Source: Octopus vulgaris (Eukaryota). Taken from it: 64,000 bases of DNA. The stretch covers positions 24,056,001 to 24,120,000 of the forward strand of contig OX597835.1 in assembly GCA_951406725.2 (NCBI GenBank), written 5' to 3'. Position numbers and translations under genes: made by a program. Of this stretch, positions 12,534-25,906 are shown one piece after another. The notes under the pieces were generated by a model, which saw only the letters and a program-made list of their open reading frames with translations, ran no database searches and was not told where the DNA came from. Positions within the stretch are counted from its first letter, which is position 1; each line of letters starts with the position of its first letter.

Positions 12534-13174
12534 AAGAGGTGTTGCTTATATTCATTTTGCATTTTTTTTCTGCTGGTGACATTATGTCTTGTTTTAATAA
12601 CAACATAATATCCATTATGTTACAAGTAGGAATCAGTACGTTGATGACATTTTGGGGGCAGCTGCTGATTACATGTGTTATGCCCTGCACAGGAAAGTGA
12701 CGTAAATGGCATTTGCCGTTGCATTTTGGCAGATTGAAAGCTTCGCTGATTCGTTAGTGAAATTGTTTTCCCCACGAGGGTTGCGGACCCCAGTAATGAA
12801 CTCATTTGCATACAGCCAATCAGAGGTCGCATACATATACATACAATATGGCACGTCCTGTCAGGCATAGAATGGTGTATGCCACTTTGTGAGTACAGCA
12901 TACATACATACATACATACATACATACATACATACATACATACATACATACATACATACATACATACATGCTTGCATACATACATACATACATCACCCCA
13001 CATCCTCATAGATAACTTGAGCACCATCTCTATATGGAGCAAACATTAGGTACCTATGCTCAGACAGAGATTAGTGATATTGCATGTACCCATTGATATA
13101 TGCAAGGAGGGCGCAATACAACACAACGCCATATTGATTACGATGTTCCTAGCTCAACAGCAACATTTTAAATC

Positions 13175-13556
13175 AAGAATGTGATCCCAGCTTCTAGCGA
13201 CATTTTCGGCCCTATCTGCTTAAGAACTTCTCCATTGGTGAGCCTCGCTGTCCATGGAATCCGTAAAAGTCTTCTCCAACACCAAAGCTCGAATGCATTA
13301 ATTCTCTTCTGGTCAGCTTTCTTTTGTGTCCAGGTCTCGCATCCATATGTTGCTATTGGGAAGACAATTGCATTCACCAATCTGCATTTGGTAGCGAGTC
13401 TGATGTCTCTACTCTTCCAGACCCTGCTCATGCTGACCATTGCCTCTCTGCCTAGTACTATCCGCCGTCTTATTTCTGGAGTGCAGTCACCATCTCGATT
13501 TATTTTGGAGCCGAGGAAGATGAAATCATCAACCACTTCAATCTCTTCATTTATAT
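13175..13556 (-). mobile_element. RTE (BovB-like) reverse-transcriptase C-terminal fragment
   Basis: EEIEVVDDFIFLGSKI...EIRRRIVLGR...VFPIATYGCETWT...INAFELWCWRRLLRIPWTAR, classic RTE RT/thumb region. Confidence 0.93.
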
Positions 13557-14534
13557 TTTCTAGTAAATTACGCAAATTAACAACACTTACGGCATCATTG
13601 GTGAGCAGCTCTCCATTCACTTTATACACTAAATTTCACATTTATCACCCCTCTTAACCCATTTAAAATAGTTAAATTTTGCTATAACGCGCATTTTCCA
13701 CTGAACTCATCCAGAGTATTTTCGTGATTGGGTGGACACTAGTTGATAGTTGAGCTCTGATTAACTGTATGCAAATGAGTTCATAACTGAGGTCCGGAAA
13801 TCTCGTGGGAAAAAAATTTCGCGTCCCGTTTGTTCAAAAGATTTTTCGTAGCTATGACCACCCTCTTGGATTTGGAGGAGTAGGTTAGAATAGTGGACTT
13901 CAATCTTTTTTGTACTACAGACCGGTTTCACACAAGACCGGGGCGTCAAGTACAAGCAAAACACAATTAAGTACATAATATATATTCTTTTTTTTTCATT
14001 TGTTTCAGTCATTTGACTGCGGCCATGCTGGAGCAGCACCTTTAGTCGAACAAATCGACTCCAGGACTTATTCTTTTGTAAGCCTAGTACTTATTCTATC
14101 GGTTCTCTTATGCCCAACCGCTAGATTACAGGAGCGTAAACACACCAACATCGGTTGTCAAGCGATGGTCGTGGGGACAAACACAGACACACAAACATAC
14201 ACACACACATAAAATTGTAAATATTGCATTTCTAAATCTCTTAGAGAGAGTTACTCAGTCGCAGCACGATAAAGTGATGGCTTGTTGCCAACTCCACATT
14301 AAGTTGGCAACAAACCATCACTATACATGTATGTATATATATATATATATGCAATGGGCTTCTTTCAGTTTTCGTCTAGCAAATCCACTCACAAGGCTTT
14401 GGTCGGCCCGAAGCTATAGTAGAAGACGTTTGCCCAAGATCTCATGCAGGAATTACTGACATTTTGTACGGGCGATGGTCATTGGTGGTCTTCCCCGGAC
14501 ACGAGTGAACAACCATTATGTATGCATGTATGGA

Positions 14535-14569
<35 letters not shown>

Positions 14570-14611
14570 ATGTATGTATGTATATATGTATCATGTATGT
14601 ATGTATGCATG

Positions 14612-14955
14612 TGTGAAGACATGGTTAGAACGTCGAGCTTACGATCGTGGGGTTGTGGGTTCGATTCCCGGACCGGGCTGCGAGTTGTGTTCTCGAGCAA
14701 GACACTTCATTTCATGTTGCTCCAGTTCACTCAGCCGTAGAAATTAGTTGTGACGTCACTGGTGCCAAACTGTATCGGCCCCTTTGCCTTTCCCTTGGAC
14801 AACATCAGTGGTGTGGAGAGGGGAGGCTGGTATGCATGGGCGACAGCCGGTCTTCTGTAAAAACAACCCGAAGTTGTGCGTTCACCGGTAAGGCGAATTT
14901 CTGCCCAGACTTGTACCCCAGAGGGGAACCTCTTAGGTGCACCCATGGTCATTAG
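14612..14955 (+). mobile_element. tRNA-derived SINE family D (tail type Z)
   Basis: Head GGTTAGAACG...GGTTCGATTCCCGG, CORE-like GAGCAAGACACTT; homologous minus copy at 58800-59360. Confidence 0.8.
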
Positions 14956-14984
14956 TATTTATGTATGTATGTCATCGCCATGAT

Positions 14985-15163
14985 AGATCGTTAGCCACTA
15001 CACACATTTTTTCTCTCCTTGTTTTTTCTGTGTCCCTTTCTGTAGAAGAGCGTAGGCTCGAAACGTAAAAGATTTTTTCTATTCCTGAGCGTTATACTTA
15101 TACATCTGTTTGTTTTGTACACCACCTGTCTTCGGCTTTTGTTTTTTTTGGTAAACTCTCTCT
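14985..15163 (+). mobile_element. short PLE-like element with minimal hammerhead motif
   Basis: CTTT-CTGTAGA-AGAGC-GTAG-GCTC-GAAA-CG-TA-AAAG at 15036-15071; second copy at 39521-39695(-). Confidence 0.65.
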
Positions 15164-15416
15164 ATGTATGTATGTATGTATGTATGTATGTATGTATGTA
15201 TGTATGTATGTATGTATGTATGTATGTATGTATGTATGTATGAGTTGGCATGTGCGAGTTTATATTTCTGCATAAAACTTTCATATTTAGCAGAAATAAA
15301 TAGACTGAACATCTGAATTAAATTACAATAAATATCGTTTAATAATGCAACAGACCCACCAAATATAAACATTAAATAGCTAAGAAATTAACTCCCCACC
15401 ACCAAAAAAACCCCCA

Positions 15417-15460
<44 letters not shown>

Positions 15461-16215
15461 AAACGTAACATGTAAAAATTATAAACAAAAAGAACAAAAA
15501 GAAACAGAAAAGGTTAAAATAAATAAGAAAGAAATCTAGTTTGGAGTTATGAACCCAAAATGGAGCAAAAAGCCATCTGTTCGTCGCTGGTTGGCTGACT
15601 GGCTGGTATGCTGGTTGATGGGCTGATTGCTGTTGGTTGCCAATTGCTGTTTGCAAACAGCTGTGTGTATAAGGGGGGGGGGGGTTCGTCATTTTACATA
15701 CATACATATATACATACATACATACATACATACATACATACATACATGCATGCATGCATGCATACATACATACATACATACATACATACACACACAAACA
15801 TCTATCCATCCATCCATACATACATATATGCTTGCATACATACATACATACATATATACATCCATACATACATACACACATACATACATACATGCATACA
15901 TACATACATACATACATGCATGCATACATACATACATACATACATACATACATACATACATACATGCATTATCTTCTATTTACTTCACTCATTCGACTGC
16001 GGCCATGCTGGGGCATTTCCTTCAAGGGTTTTAGCTGAAGAAATCGACTCCAGTTCTTACGTTTTGGACCAGTTTTTTTTTCATGCTTATTCTATCGGTC
16101 GTTCGCCGAACCGTTATGGGGATGTAAATAAGCTAGTACCGGTTGAGAAGTGGGGTAGTGGTAGATGGTGACAGAGATACAAGCACACATGTATACACTC
16201 ATGCACACACGCACG

Positions 16216-16292
<77 letters not shown>

Positions 16293-16612
16293 CGAGCTTC
16301 AACACAAGTTTGTTTACTAAATTCACTCACAAAGCGTTGGACAGGGCGGTGCTATAACAGAAAATAGCTACCCAAGGTGCCGAAGTGTAGGATTGAACCT
16401 GAAACCACGCGAATGAAAATCAGTCGGTTGTTCATTAGACCGAAAAAACGCCTTTTGTGAGTAATAATATTCTATGGAGTCGTGGGTTATGATTGGTCCG
16501 AAAGTGACCATCGGTTTCACGTTTATTTTTACTCCTTAGGTTGTTGCGGTGAGATGTCTCCGGCCAGTGGGTCTGACGGGACGGCTATATTGCCAAGAAC
16601 TGGCAGAATCAA

Positions 16613-16843
16613 GGCGGCGAGCTGGCAGAATCGTTAGCACGTCGGGTGAAATGCTTAGCGTTATTTCGTCCGCCTCTACGTTCTGAGTTCAAATTCCGCC
16701 GAAGTCGACTTTGCCTTTCATCCTTTCGGGGTCGATAAATAAAGTACCAGTTTCGCACTGGGGTCGTTGTAATCGACTTAATCCCTTTGTCTGTCCTTGT
16801 TTGTCCCCTCTATATTTAGCCCCTTGTGGGCAATAAAGAAATA
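16613..16843 (+). mobile_element. full-length SINE A1
   Basis: 16-bp TSD TATATTGCCAAGAACT at 16586-16601 and 16844-16859, plus 11 extra 5' nt. Confidence 0.93.
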
Positions 16844-16861
16844 TATATTGCCAAGAACTAT

Positions 16862-17018
16862 ATATTTCTTTACTACCCACAAGGGGCTAAACACAGAGGG
16901 GACAAACAAGGACAGACAAACGGATTAAGTCGATTATATCGATCCCAGTGCGTAACTGGTACTTAATTTATCGACCCTGAAAGGATGAAAGACAAAGTCG
17001 ACCTCGGCGGAATTTGAA
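16862..17018 (-). mobile_element. 5'-truncated SINE A1, tail-to-tail with previous copy
   Basis: Reverse-complement A1 tail and core ending at the B-box. Confidence 0.9.
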
Positions 17019-17112
17019 GGCGGGAAATCAGTGGTCACTTTCTGACCGAGTATAATTAACGACTACATTATATATAATTATATATACATACATACATAAA
17101 TCTGCAGTTAAT

Positions 17113-17260
17113 CTGTACAGATTACAAGTTCAGGTTTATACCTGTAATTATTCGGGCCCTGGGATATGTAATACAATGCCTAAATACCAATCTTGAGAAA
17201 ATGGGCTTCTCAGAAGAAGAAAAGAGAAAGTTAATTCAGAATAACAATTCCTAAAGTTTT
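17113..17260 (+). mobile_element. R4/Dong-like LINE endonuclease C-terminal fragment
   Basis: DYKFRFIPVII/ALGYV..CLNTNLEKMGFS (frameshifted), homologous to 58640-58790(-). Confidence 0.55.
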
Positions 17261-17285
17261 GGTCCCAACACATACGAACACACAC

Positions 17286-17356
<71 letters not shown>

Positions 17357-17757
17357 CATACGTATGTCTTGGGTATGACTCCAAACTGCACCCGGTAGTG
17401 GGGCCTAGGTTCGGGTGTTCCAGAGTTTATAGGGATGTGCAACCAACTTTTAGCCCCTATTTCTTCACAGATCGGAGTAGTAAGAACTGTCAGGGACCCA
17501 AGGATTGGTTAATTACCATATCATGTGGCTGTGTGGTAAGAAGCATGCTTTCCAACGACATGGTTCTAGGTTCAGTCCCATTGCATGGCACCTTGGGCAA
17601 GTGTCTCCTACTATAGCCTCAGGCCGACCAAAAGCCTTGTGAGTAGATTTGGTAGTTGGAAACTGAAGGAAGCCCGTCGTATATATATATATATATAATT
17701 GTTCCATGTCCTCGCGTTGCTGTGTTTTTTTCTGTGTTTTCTTGTTTGGATTAACTT

Positions 17758-17804
<47 letters not shown>

Positions 17805-17993
17805 TTATGTGTGTTTGTCCCCCACCATCGCTTGACAACCGATGCTGGTGTGTTTACGTCTCAGTAACATAGTGGTTCGGCAAAAGAGACCGATTGAATA
17901 AGTACTAGGCTTATAAAGAATAAGTCCTGGGGTTGATTTGCTCGACTAAAGGCCGTGCTCCAGCATGGCCACAGTCAAATGACTGAAGTAAAA

Positions 17994-18093
<100 letters not shown>

Positions 18094-18306
18094 GTAGATG
18101 ATGAGACAAGGAGCGAAAGAGAAAGTTAGATAGAAAGGGTAAAATTTAAAGGAGCGAGTGGATGTGTGTGGGGGGAGGGGAGGGGGAGAAAGATAAAAAA
18201 AAAAAAAAACGAGAAAACAATTCGGAGTTGGCAGAGAGAAAGAAGATCGAGAGAAAGAGGAGAAAGACGAGAAAAAGAACAGAAATATCGAACTATATAT
18301 ATACAT

Positions 18307-18490
18307 ATATATTGGTAAAAACGGTAAAATAACAAAAGAAAGAAAGCGACCTCAATATTATGTAAATAGAGAAAATTTATCTATAAATGTAATTTGTGAC
18401 AATTATTCGGTAGTCAAGATAAAACTCTGAGTTTCGGATGCCGAAGTGGGAATCCACACCACCAGTTATCCGGCTATCTGAAAAACGCTA
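18307..18490 (-). mobile_element. PLE-like remnant with degenerate hammerhead
   Basis: Minus strand GATAA-CTGGTGG-..GGAT..ATCC-GAAA-CTC-A-GAG-TT-TTATC at 18418-18470; begins next to a TA tract. Confidence 0.55.
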
Positions 18491-18645
18491 TGAAATAAAA
18501 AAAAAAAAACTTGTTTCCTGGCCTCATGGTTCTGGGTTGAGTCCCACTGCGTGGCAACCTTGGGCAAGTCTCTTCTACTGTGGCCTCAAACCAACTAAAG
18601 CCTTGCGAGTGGATTCTGTACCTAGAAACTGAAAGAAGCCCGTCG

Positions 18646-18676
<31 letters not shown>

Positions 18677-18799
18677 CATGTGATCACGGGATCACGTGAC
18701 CGACCAGACTATCAGATACTGTTACACATCGCTGGTCACATTGCGCTTTGCATTGTTTTAGCCATCAAATGGCCTCACTCCATTGGCTCGGCGAACAGG

Positions 18800-18866
<67 letters not shown>

Positions 18867-19375
18867 TATATCTATGTGTTTGTGTCTTTGTGTCTGTTTG
18901 CATTTCCCCCATCATCGCTGGACAACCGGTGTTGGTGTGTTTACATTCTCGTATTTTAGCAGTCCGGCAAAAGTGTCCGACGGAGTAAGTAGTGTAGTAA
19001 GCTTTAAAAAAAAGTGTTGGTGGGTCGATTTGTTCGGCTAAAACCCTTCAAGGCCGTGCTCCAGCATGGCCGCAGTCAAATGACTGAAACAAGTAAAAGA
19101 ATGAAAGAGGCTAGAAGGTGAAACAAGCGGGAAAGGATGGCTTCAAAGAACCAGGGAAAGAGAGAGAGAGAGAGAGAGAGCGAGAAAGGAGGAAGGGGAG
19201 GAAGCGCCTGAGTTTATGGGAGAACGTAAGAGTGGTAGTGTGAGGGGGGTGTTATTTACATATCCAGGTGAGAGAGATCGAAAGAACTACATTAGGAAGC
19301 AATGAAAGGGGGAGGGGGGAGAGTGGGGAAATCGATGGTCGTGGTAGGAGGAGAAGAAGGTGTTTGTTGTTGTTG

Positions 19376-19409
<34 letters not shown>

Positions 19410-19529
19410 GGTGGTGAATCTCTGCTGGCTTTTCTTTATCCTTTTAACCCTTTATCCTTTAATCCCACCCCTTGCTTGCAAACGATTAATTAATATGTAA
19501 ATAAATCATTAAAAATAGAAATTACTCAG

Positions 19530-19592
19530 TCACCACCACCACCACCACCACCACTACTACTACTACTTCTTCTTCTACTACTACTACTACTT

Positions 19593-19642
<50 letters not shown>

Positions 19643-19649
19643 TCTTCTT

Positions 19650-19692
<43 letters not shown>

Positions 19693-19728
19693 AGCTGCTA
19701 CTACTACTACTACTACTACTACTACTGT

Positions 19729-19780
<52 letters not shown>

Positions 19781-19880
19781 GCTGCTGCTGCTACTACTAC
19801 TCCTGAATCCCCCTTTCTACCATCGGCACCAACACCAGCAGCAACAACGCCAGAAACGCAACCACTATTTGCTGCTGCTG

Positions 19881-19935
<55 letters not shown>

Positions 19936-20358
19936 ATGTAACAACATAAGCAGCAACGCTGTCAACGTTTCTATCACCACCACCACCACCAGCATTACTG
20001 ATACTGTTGCTACTGCTACTACTACTACTACTACTACTAGCAGCGGCAACGGCAGCAGCAGTAGCAATAGAGAAAGAAAAAAAAAACGTTACCGCCACCA
20101 CCACCACCATCACCACCGTCATCATTGCTGCTACTACTGCCGCTGCTGCCGCTGCTGCTGCTGCTGCTGCTGCTGTTGCTGCTGCCATCTTTAAGAACGA
20201 CACCAACGTCTCTCTTTCGATAATAGTAAGAAGGCGAAAAGAATAACAGCAGCAGCAGCAGCAGTCACAGCAGCAGCAGAAACGTCACTGCCATTAACAC
20301 TAACAGCAGCAACATAACGTAACCGTCACTACCACCACCACCACCACCACTACCATCA

Positions 20359-20391
<33 letters not shown>

Positions 20392-20700
20392 TCAATTGAA
20401 AGAGTCATCGTCACCGCTACCGTCACCACCGCCACCGGCATTAGCAATAGTAGGAGGAAGAGGAGGAAGAGCAGCAGCAGCACCACGCTCACTACCATCA
20501 GCAGCAGCAGTCCCATCATCACTAACAACAACAGCAATGAAAAGCGTATGAATAACACTCATACATACACCTTCAACGAGTGTATGTAGCTTTGTTACAC
20601 ACATCCATAAATACGGTGGGATAGAATCGCTACTGTCACTACTACTACTGCCAACTCCACCACCACCACGACTACTACTACTGACTATACACAGACTACA
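19530..20700. repeat. mixed trinucleotide repeat field (CTA, CAC, CAG, CTG)
   Basis: About 1.2 kb of triplet runs with no SINEs, immediately upstream of the 21043 exon candidate. Confidence 0.92.
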
Positions 20701-21042
20701 ACAACACTATACCCCCCGACGCACACGTCTATACTACAAACCCCCTTCCCCCTCACTCCTGTCTCTCGTAGTGAAACGTTTTACACTACAGCGCTGGTAT
20801 CTCGTATAGTACTTCGGTCTTAACACTAGTCGCTTGTATATCGAATCGTACGTACCTCACCACGCTTACACTAACACCAATACCACAGTTACGCTACAAA
20901 CCATTTAACTACCAGTAGCTCCGGTTATATATATTTGTTTGAGCTGTTTGTAGTAGAAGAAGGAGAACAACATTAACAAGCAAGGAGATCTGACAATAAC
21001 AAATACCACCACCTCCACCAACAACACCAATACCAACAAAAA

Positions 21043-21091
21043 ATGGATAGCACCAATAATGAGTTTAAGAATTACTCTGCAAACGAAACAG
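21043..21091 (+). CDS. candidate first coding exon (MDSTNNEFKNYSANET-G, phase 1)
   Basis: AAAAATGG start context and consensus donor CAG|GTGAGT at 21091/21092, in unique non-repeat sequence with a plausible 5' UTR from about 20770. Product not recognised. Confidence 0.6.
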
Positions 21092-21920
21092 GTGAGTTAA
21101 TTTCTACCTTTGAGTTAATTCTTCCTCGTGTTTTACTCTTGTTTATTGCTGGGGTTGTTTTCAGAATACAATTTAGTGTCTTGTTCCTGTTATCAAACAT
21201 TCAGAGAGCAGAAATGCCTATTATTATTAATGGAAATCCCACCCCGAATTTACCCACGACTGTCTTTTCTTTTCTTTCTATAATACTAAGACCAAACATT
21301 CTTGTTTGGTCTTTGGTCTTAGTATTATATCTCTCATTCGTTATTACTCTTGTGGCAACAAAAATGAGAGCAATGCTATGTACACACCACACACTCACAA
21401 ATATACACAAGCACACACGTATTATATAATATTTATATACATGTATATATACACATATATACGCACCCATAATACAGTATCTGAATGTTTGTGTTTATGC
21501 ATGAAAATACGGATATTTGGTTGCATTATGTATTTGTATTATGGATGTATGTGTTATATATGGTTCATATATAAATATGAGCATGGCTTGTATATGAATG
21601 TATATGATAATGCATTGATATACATATTTAATGCGTGCATATGAAGTATATATATGCAAGGACTTGAAAATGAATGTGCAATATTTGAGCGCCTGTACGT
21701 ATGTATACGCGGGTAGGTTTATTTATATCTCTGAGAGAAAGGGAGGGATGTGTAAATAGAAATATGTCCTCATACACGCATATATATATCGAGTGTGTGT
21801 GTGTACGAATGATGTACACGACCAATATACGCATGCATACAGATATGTATGTATGTATGTATGTATGATATATGTACTCACTATGAATGGTATTCGTTTA
21901 TGCACGACTATGCGACCAAA

Positions 21921-21984
<64 letters not shown>

Positions 21985-22876
21985 GCATCTCTATGTCTGA
22001 CAATGTATGTCCCACCACGATTTCCACTTTATTTCTTATGTTCTATTCTTGTAACCTGGGCAACTGTTGAAATTATTTTCGTGTGCATTGACAGGATCAG
22101 TAGAGCGTCGGTAGACCAAAAATGCCTACTCTATATCGTTACATCCTCTATGATCATCACCAGCGTAGAAATATTCGGTTTTCATATCCCACCGAATTGT
22201 ACTTTGCCTTTCATTCATTAGGGAATGGTAAACATAAAGTTCCAGTAAATTACTCTACAGCATCTTCCCCGACACACCCCTCTAACTCTCTCGCTCTCTC
22301 TGTTTCCCTTATACCAAACACTGTAGCCTTGTGGAAACCAATCTTGGAAATTATTGCTCTCGTGGTTGTTGATTTTAAAATTCCCCATCTTTAATGTATC
22401 AAAAAATAAACACCATCGCCAGAACAACAAATGGTTGACCTGGGGGCAACTTTCGACTGGGTCTCTTAGAATGTATGTATGTATCTAAGTTATATATATT
22501 TATACATATATATATTTATATTTATATTCTTGTGTATTAGAATGTGTAGCATTGTTCAGCCTTCAGTCTAGCCTGACCTAGTAAATCTATCTTGAGAGAC
22601 ATCCAGTCACCATAATTCCGTCACGTTTTATTTTATCTTCTTCTTTTCTGTTGATATTTCAGGTATGCCAGACCTGCCTCTTTCTCAGACGGCAGTAGCA
22701 TGTAGTTTGGGGAAGATATGACTGCTATTTCTAGCATGCTGAGCGACTGCATAAGTTAGCCTCGTACTGTGTGTGTTTATACAAACGTATTTGTGCATAA
22801 TTCAAGTTGAAGCTGTTTATTATAATTACAAATAATGTTTGCAAACGGTTACTGTTATCAAAATGAATGGGTCCCA

Positions 22877-23064
22877 AGGATGCTCAGGAGGTAGTTATAT
22901 TTTCTGCATAATGCTATCAGCCGGTTTTTGTTATCGATAAGGCTCCATTACAGTGTGTGTGTGTGTGTGCGTGTATATACATACACACTGGAACGAAGTC
23001 TTTTCGATAACAAAAACCGGCTGATAGCATTATGCAGAGAAAATAACTTCATCCTGAGCATCCT
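22877..23064. repeat. long inverted repeat around a (TG)n/(TA) spacer
   Basis: About 80-bp arms with a perfect core TCTGCATAATGCTATCAGCCGGTTTTTGTTATCGA and its reverse complement. Confidence 0.9.
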
Positions 23065-23190
23065 ATGCTTACTTCATGAGGCCGGAATCCTCCGAAGTTA
23101 GTGATCCCAGAGGCGTCATCATGCGTAGATCCGAACAGGTCCACCAGTGCTCGCCATTGCTGGCGGTCCCGTGCCAGCTTTTCTGCAGCC

Positions 23191-23225
<35 letters not shown>

Positions 23226-25806
23226 CTGGGGAGTCATAGTCATATAAAAACCAAGTTAAATATATATTCTCTTTTACTGGTTTCAGTCATTTGACTGTGG
23301 CCATGCTGGAGCACCGCCTTTAGTCGCGCCCCATGACTTATTCTTAGTAAGCCTAGTACTTAGTCTATCGGTCTCTTTTTGCCGAACCGCTAAGTGACGG
23401 GGACGTAAACACACCAGCATCGGTTGTCAAGCGATGATGCGGGGGACAAACACACACAAACGTAAACACACACACACACATATATATATATACATATATA
23501 TGACGGGCTTCATTCAGTTTCCGTCTTCCAAATCCACTCACAAGGCTTAGGCTGGCCTGAGGCTATAGTAGAAGACACTTGCCCAAGGTGCCACCAGAAC
23601 CATGTGGTTCGTAAGCAAGCTACTTACTACACAGCCACTCTTACGCTTCTATACATATTTTAAACACTTTGATTTGATCCCTGCAATTTAAGTTTCTTAG
23701 GCGTACAAAAGCCTAGCTCGCCAGGTTTTATATATATATATATATATATTCTTGCTTTAGTCATTTGACTGCGGCAGTGCTGGAGCACCACCGTTCGTCG
23801 AACAAATCGACACCCCAGGACTTATTCTTTGTAAGCTTAGTACTTATTTGATCGGCATCTTTTGCCGAACCGCTAAGTTACGGGGACGTAAACACACCAA
23901 CATCAGTTGTCAGGCGATGGTGGACACACACACACACACACGCATATATATATATATATATATACAACGGGCTTCTTTCAGTTTCCGTCTATCAAATCCA
24001 TTCAGAAGGCTTTGGTTGGCCCGAGGTTATAGTAGAAGACACTTGTCCAAGGTGCCACGCAGTGGGACTGAGCCCAGAAACATGTAGTTTGGGAGCATTC
24101 TTCTTACCATACAGCCACTCTTGTGCTTATATTAAACAACAGGAAGCTATAGGAACTGAACCCTGTACCCATCAGATACAGGCTGTGTGGTCTACCATTA
24201 AGCTAAACGGTCCCTGACAAATATATGAAGCGACCCGCCAATACAGTTTGCAGTATTGCGAAATTGCTGACTGAAAGTCGTTTTAAATCCCTTTGGTGGG
24301 CCGATACAGAGAGTAGCAGTAATATAATGGGATTAAAACTGACCCGTATTCCCTCATATTCCGTTGTCAAAGAAAAACGGTGCAACTTCCGTCTTGTGTC
24401 ACGATAAATAATTCTCAATGTCTATTGAATATCATTTTTTTAAAACTCTGTCAACACTGATGGAACGAGAGCCATGACCATTCATCTCCATCAAGTCAAC
24501 AAGAGTATGATTTAACCCTTTTGACACCAACCTGTTTCTTTATTACCCACAAGGGGCTAAGCATAGAGGGGACAAACAAGGACAGACAAACGGATTAAGT
24601 CGATTACATCGACCCCAGTGCGTAACAGGTACTTAATTTATCGACCCCGAAAGGATGAAAGGCAAAGTCGACCTCGGCGGAATTTGAACTCAGCACCCTA
24701 GTTCTAGAAAAAGAAAAAAACTTCCTGTTTTAAAGGGATCTAAATTAGAACACCTTCTGTCAAAATTTCTTGTTCATTTACGTTTCAAACACCAGCTTAC
24801 TAATGACAAAATTATTCTAGTATATACTCCAGTATTTTTTAAAAAATTGGAACAAAGATAGGGAGTTTCAAATGGAATATATATAAGAATAGTGTGGAAA
24901 TTTTTGGCTGTTGTTTCTGACAGATCGTTTGACCACGCAACTCCCTACCTACTCGTGGTTTCTAAATTCATAACTGAGACGGTTTCATGAAGCGACTTTC
25001 AGTATTCCATCCGCCTATCTGCAACAGTCAGCCGTGGTGTGTCTTGATGAAAATAAAACCCTCATTGTTATTTTTTGTAGAGCACCGGACGAAATGCTTT
25101 GCAACACTTTCAGTTGCGTCTTTTCTTATTTTCTTATATTCTTGTATTCGAATCTTGATGAAATCGAATGTTATTTTTCAACCTTCCGGGACTGTTCATT
25201 TAAAGTGCCGGTCAGGTGTTACGATCCTTTGTATTATTGTATTAAGGCGGTAAACTCAAAATGAGAATACAAAACACGAACAGAAACCAGAATGACAGAA
25301 TACAACGCAAACACGAACGTTATTCTGAATACGTTGATGTATTCAAACTTGTCTTTCTGAAGATGTTATCGTCATAACATTTCGACTGCCATACCCTCCG
25401 GCTTTCTTCACGTTTAAAGCTCTAAATTTCCACCATTTCTTTGCCCCACGGGGGAAATAATATGGTAAATATAATTAAGATTTGTAGCCTTACTAGTGGG
25501 TTAGGTTCAGTCCTTGCATCAGTCAAGGTGTGTGTGTGTGCCTAGGCACGCGCTTGTATTTTAGTCCTTCCTGTACAGTTGGCTTGTATACTGGGCAGCT
25601 AGGGGTCCCCATAATCCCAGTTTTGAGCATAATCAGTTTGAGCATAGTTACATCTTCCCAGGTGATGCTAAATTATTTAATGATCTTTGAAGAAGGCGCG
25701 CTCTGTCGTCTTGAGTCTCTCTCTCTCTCTCTCCCTCCCTTCGATACTCTTGTGGTATCTATTTTACACCTGTCTTGGATATTCGTTCTTCTGGCAGTTG
25801 GAAAAC

Positions 25807-25906
25807 ATGGCTTGCAAGTTTCGCTCTTCTTCCCGCCACGATCTTCTGCAGGCTGCGCGGATTGGCTCATCTCAGGCGTTCAGGGTCTGTGATCCTCTTC
25901 CTGTAG
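25807..25906 (+). CDS. candidate alternative first coding exon (MACKFRSSSRHDLLQAARIGSSQAFRVCDPLPV-G, phase 1)
   Basis: AACATGG start context, 100 nt open, consensus donor TAG|GTGAGT at 25906/25907, unique GC-richer sequence. Confidence 0.4.

Noticed and set aside
19522-20604. Poly-Val/Ala/Ser ORFs as a low-complexity protein
   Set aside because: Frames are short and mutually incompatible, with no domain; better explained as a triplet-repeat field.
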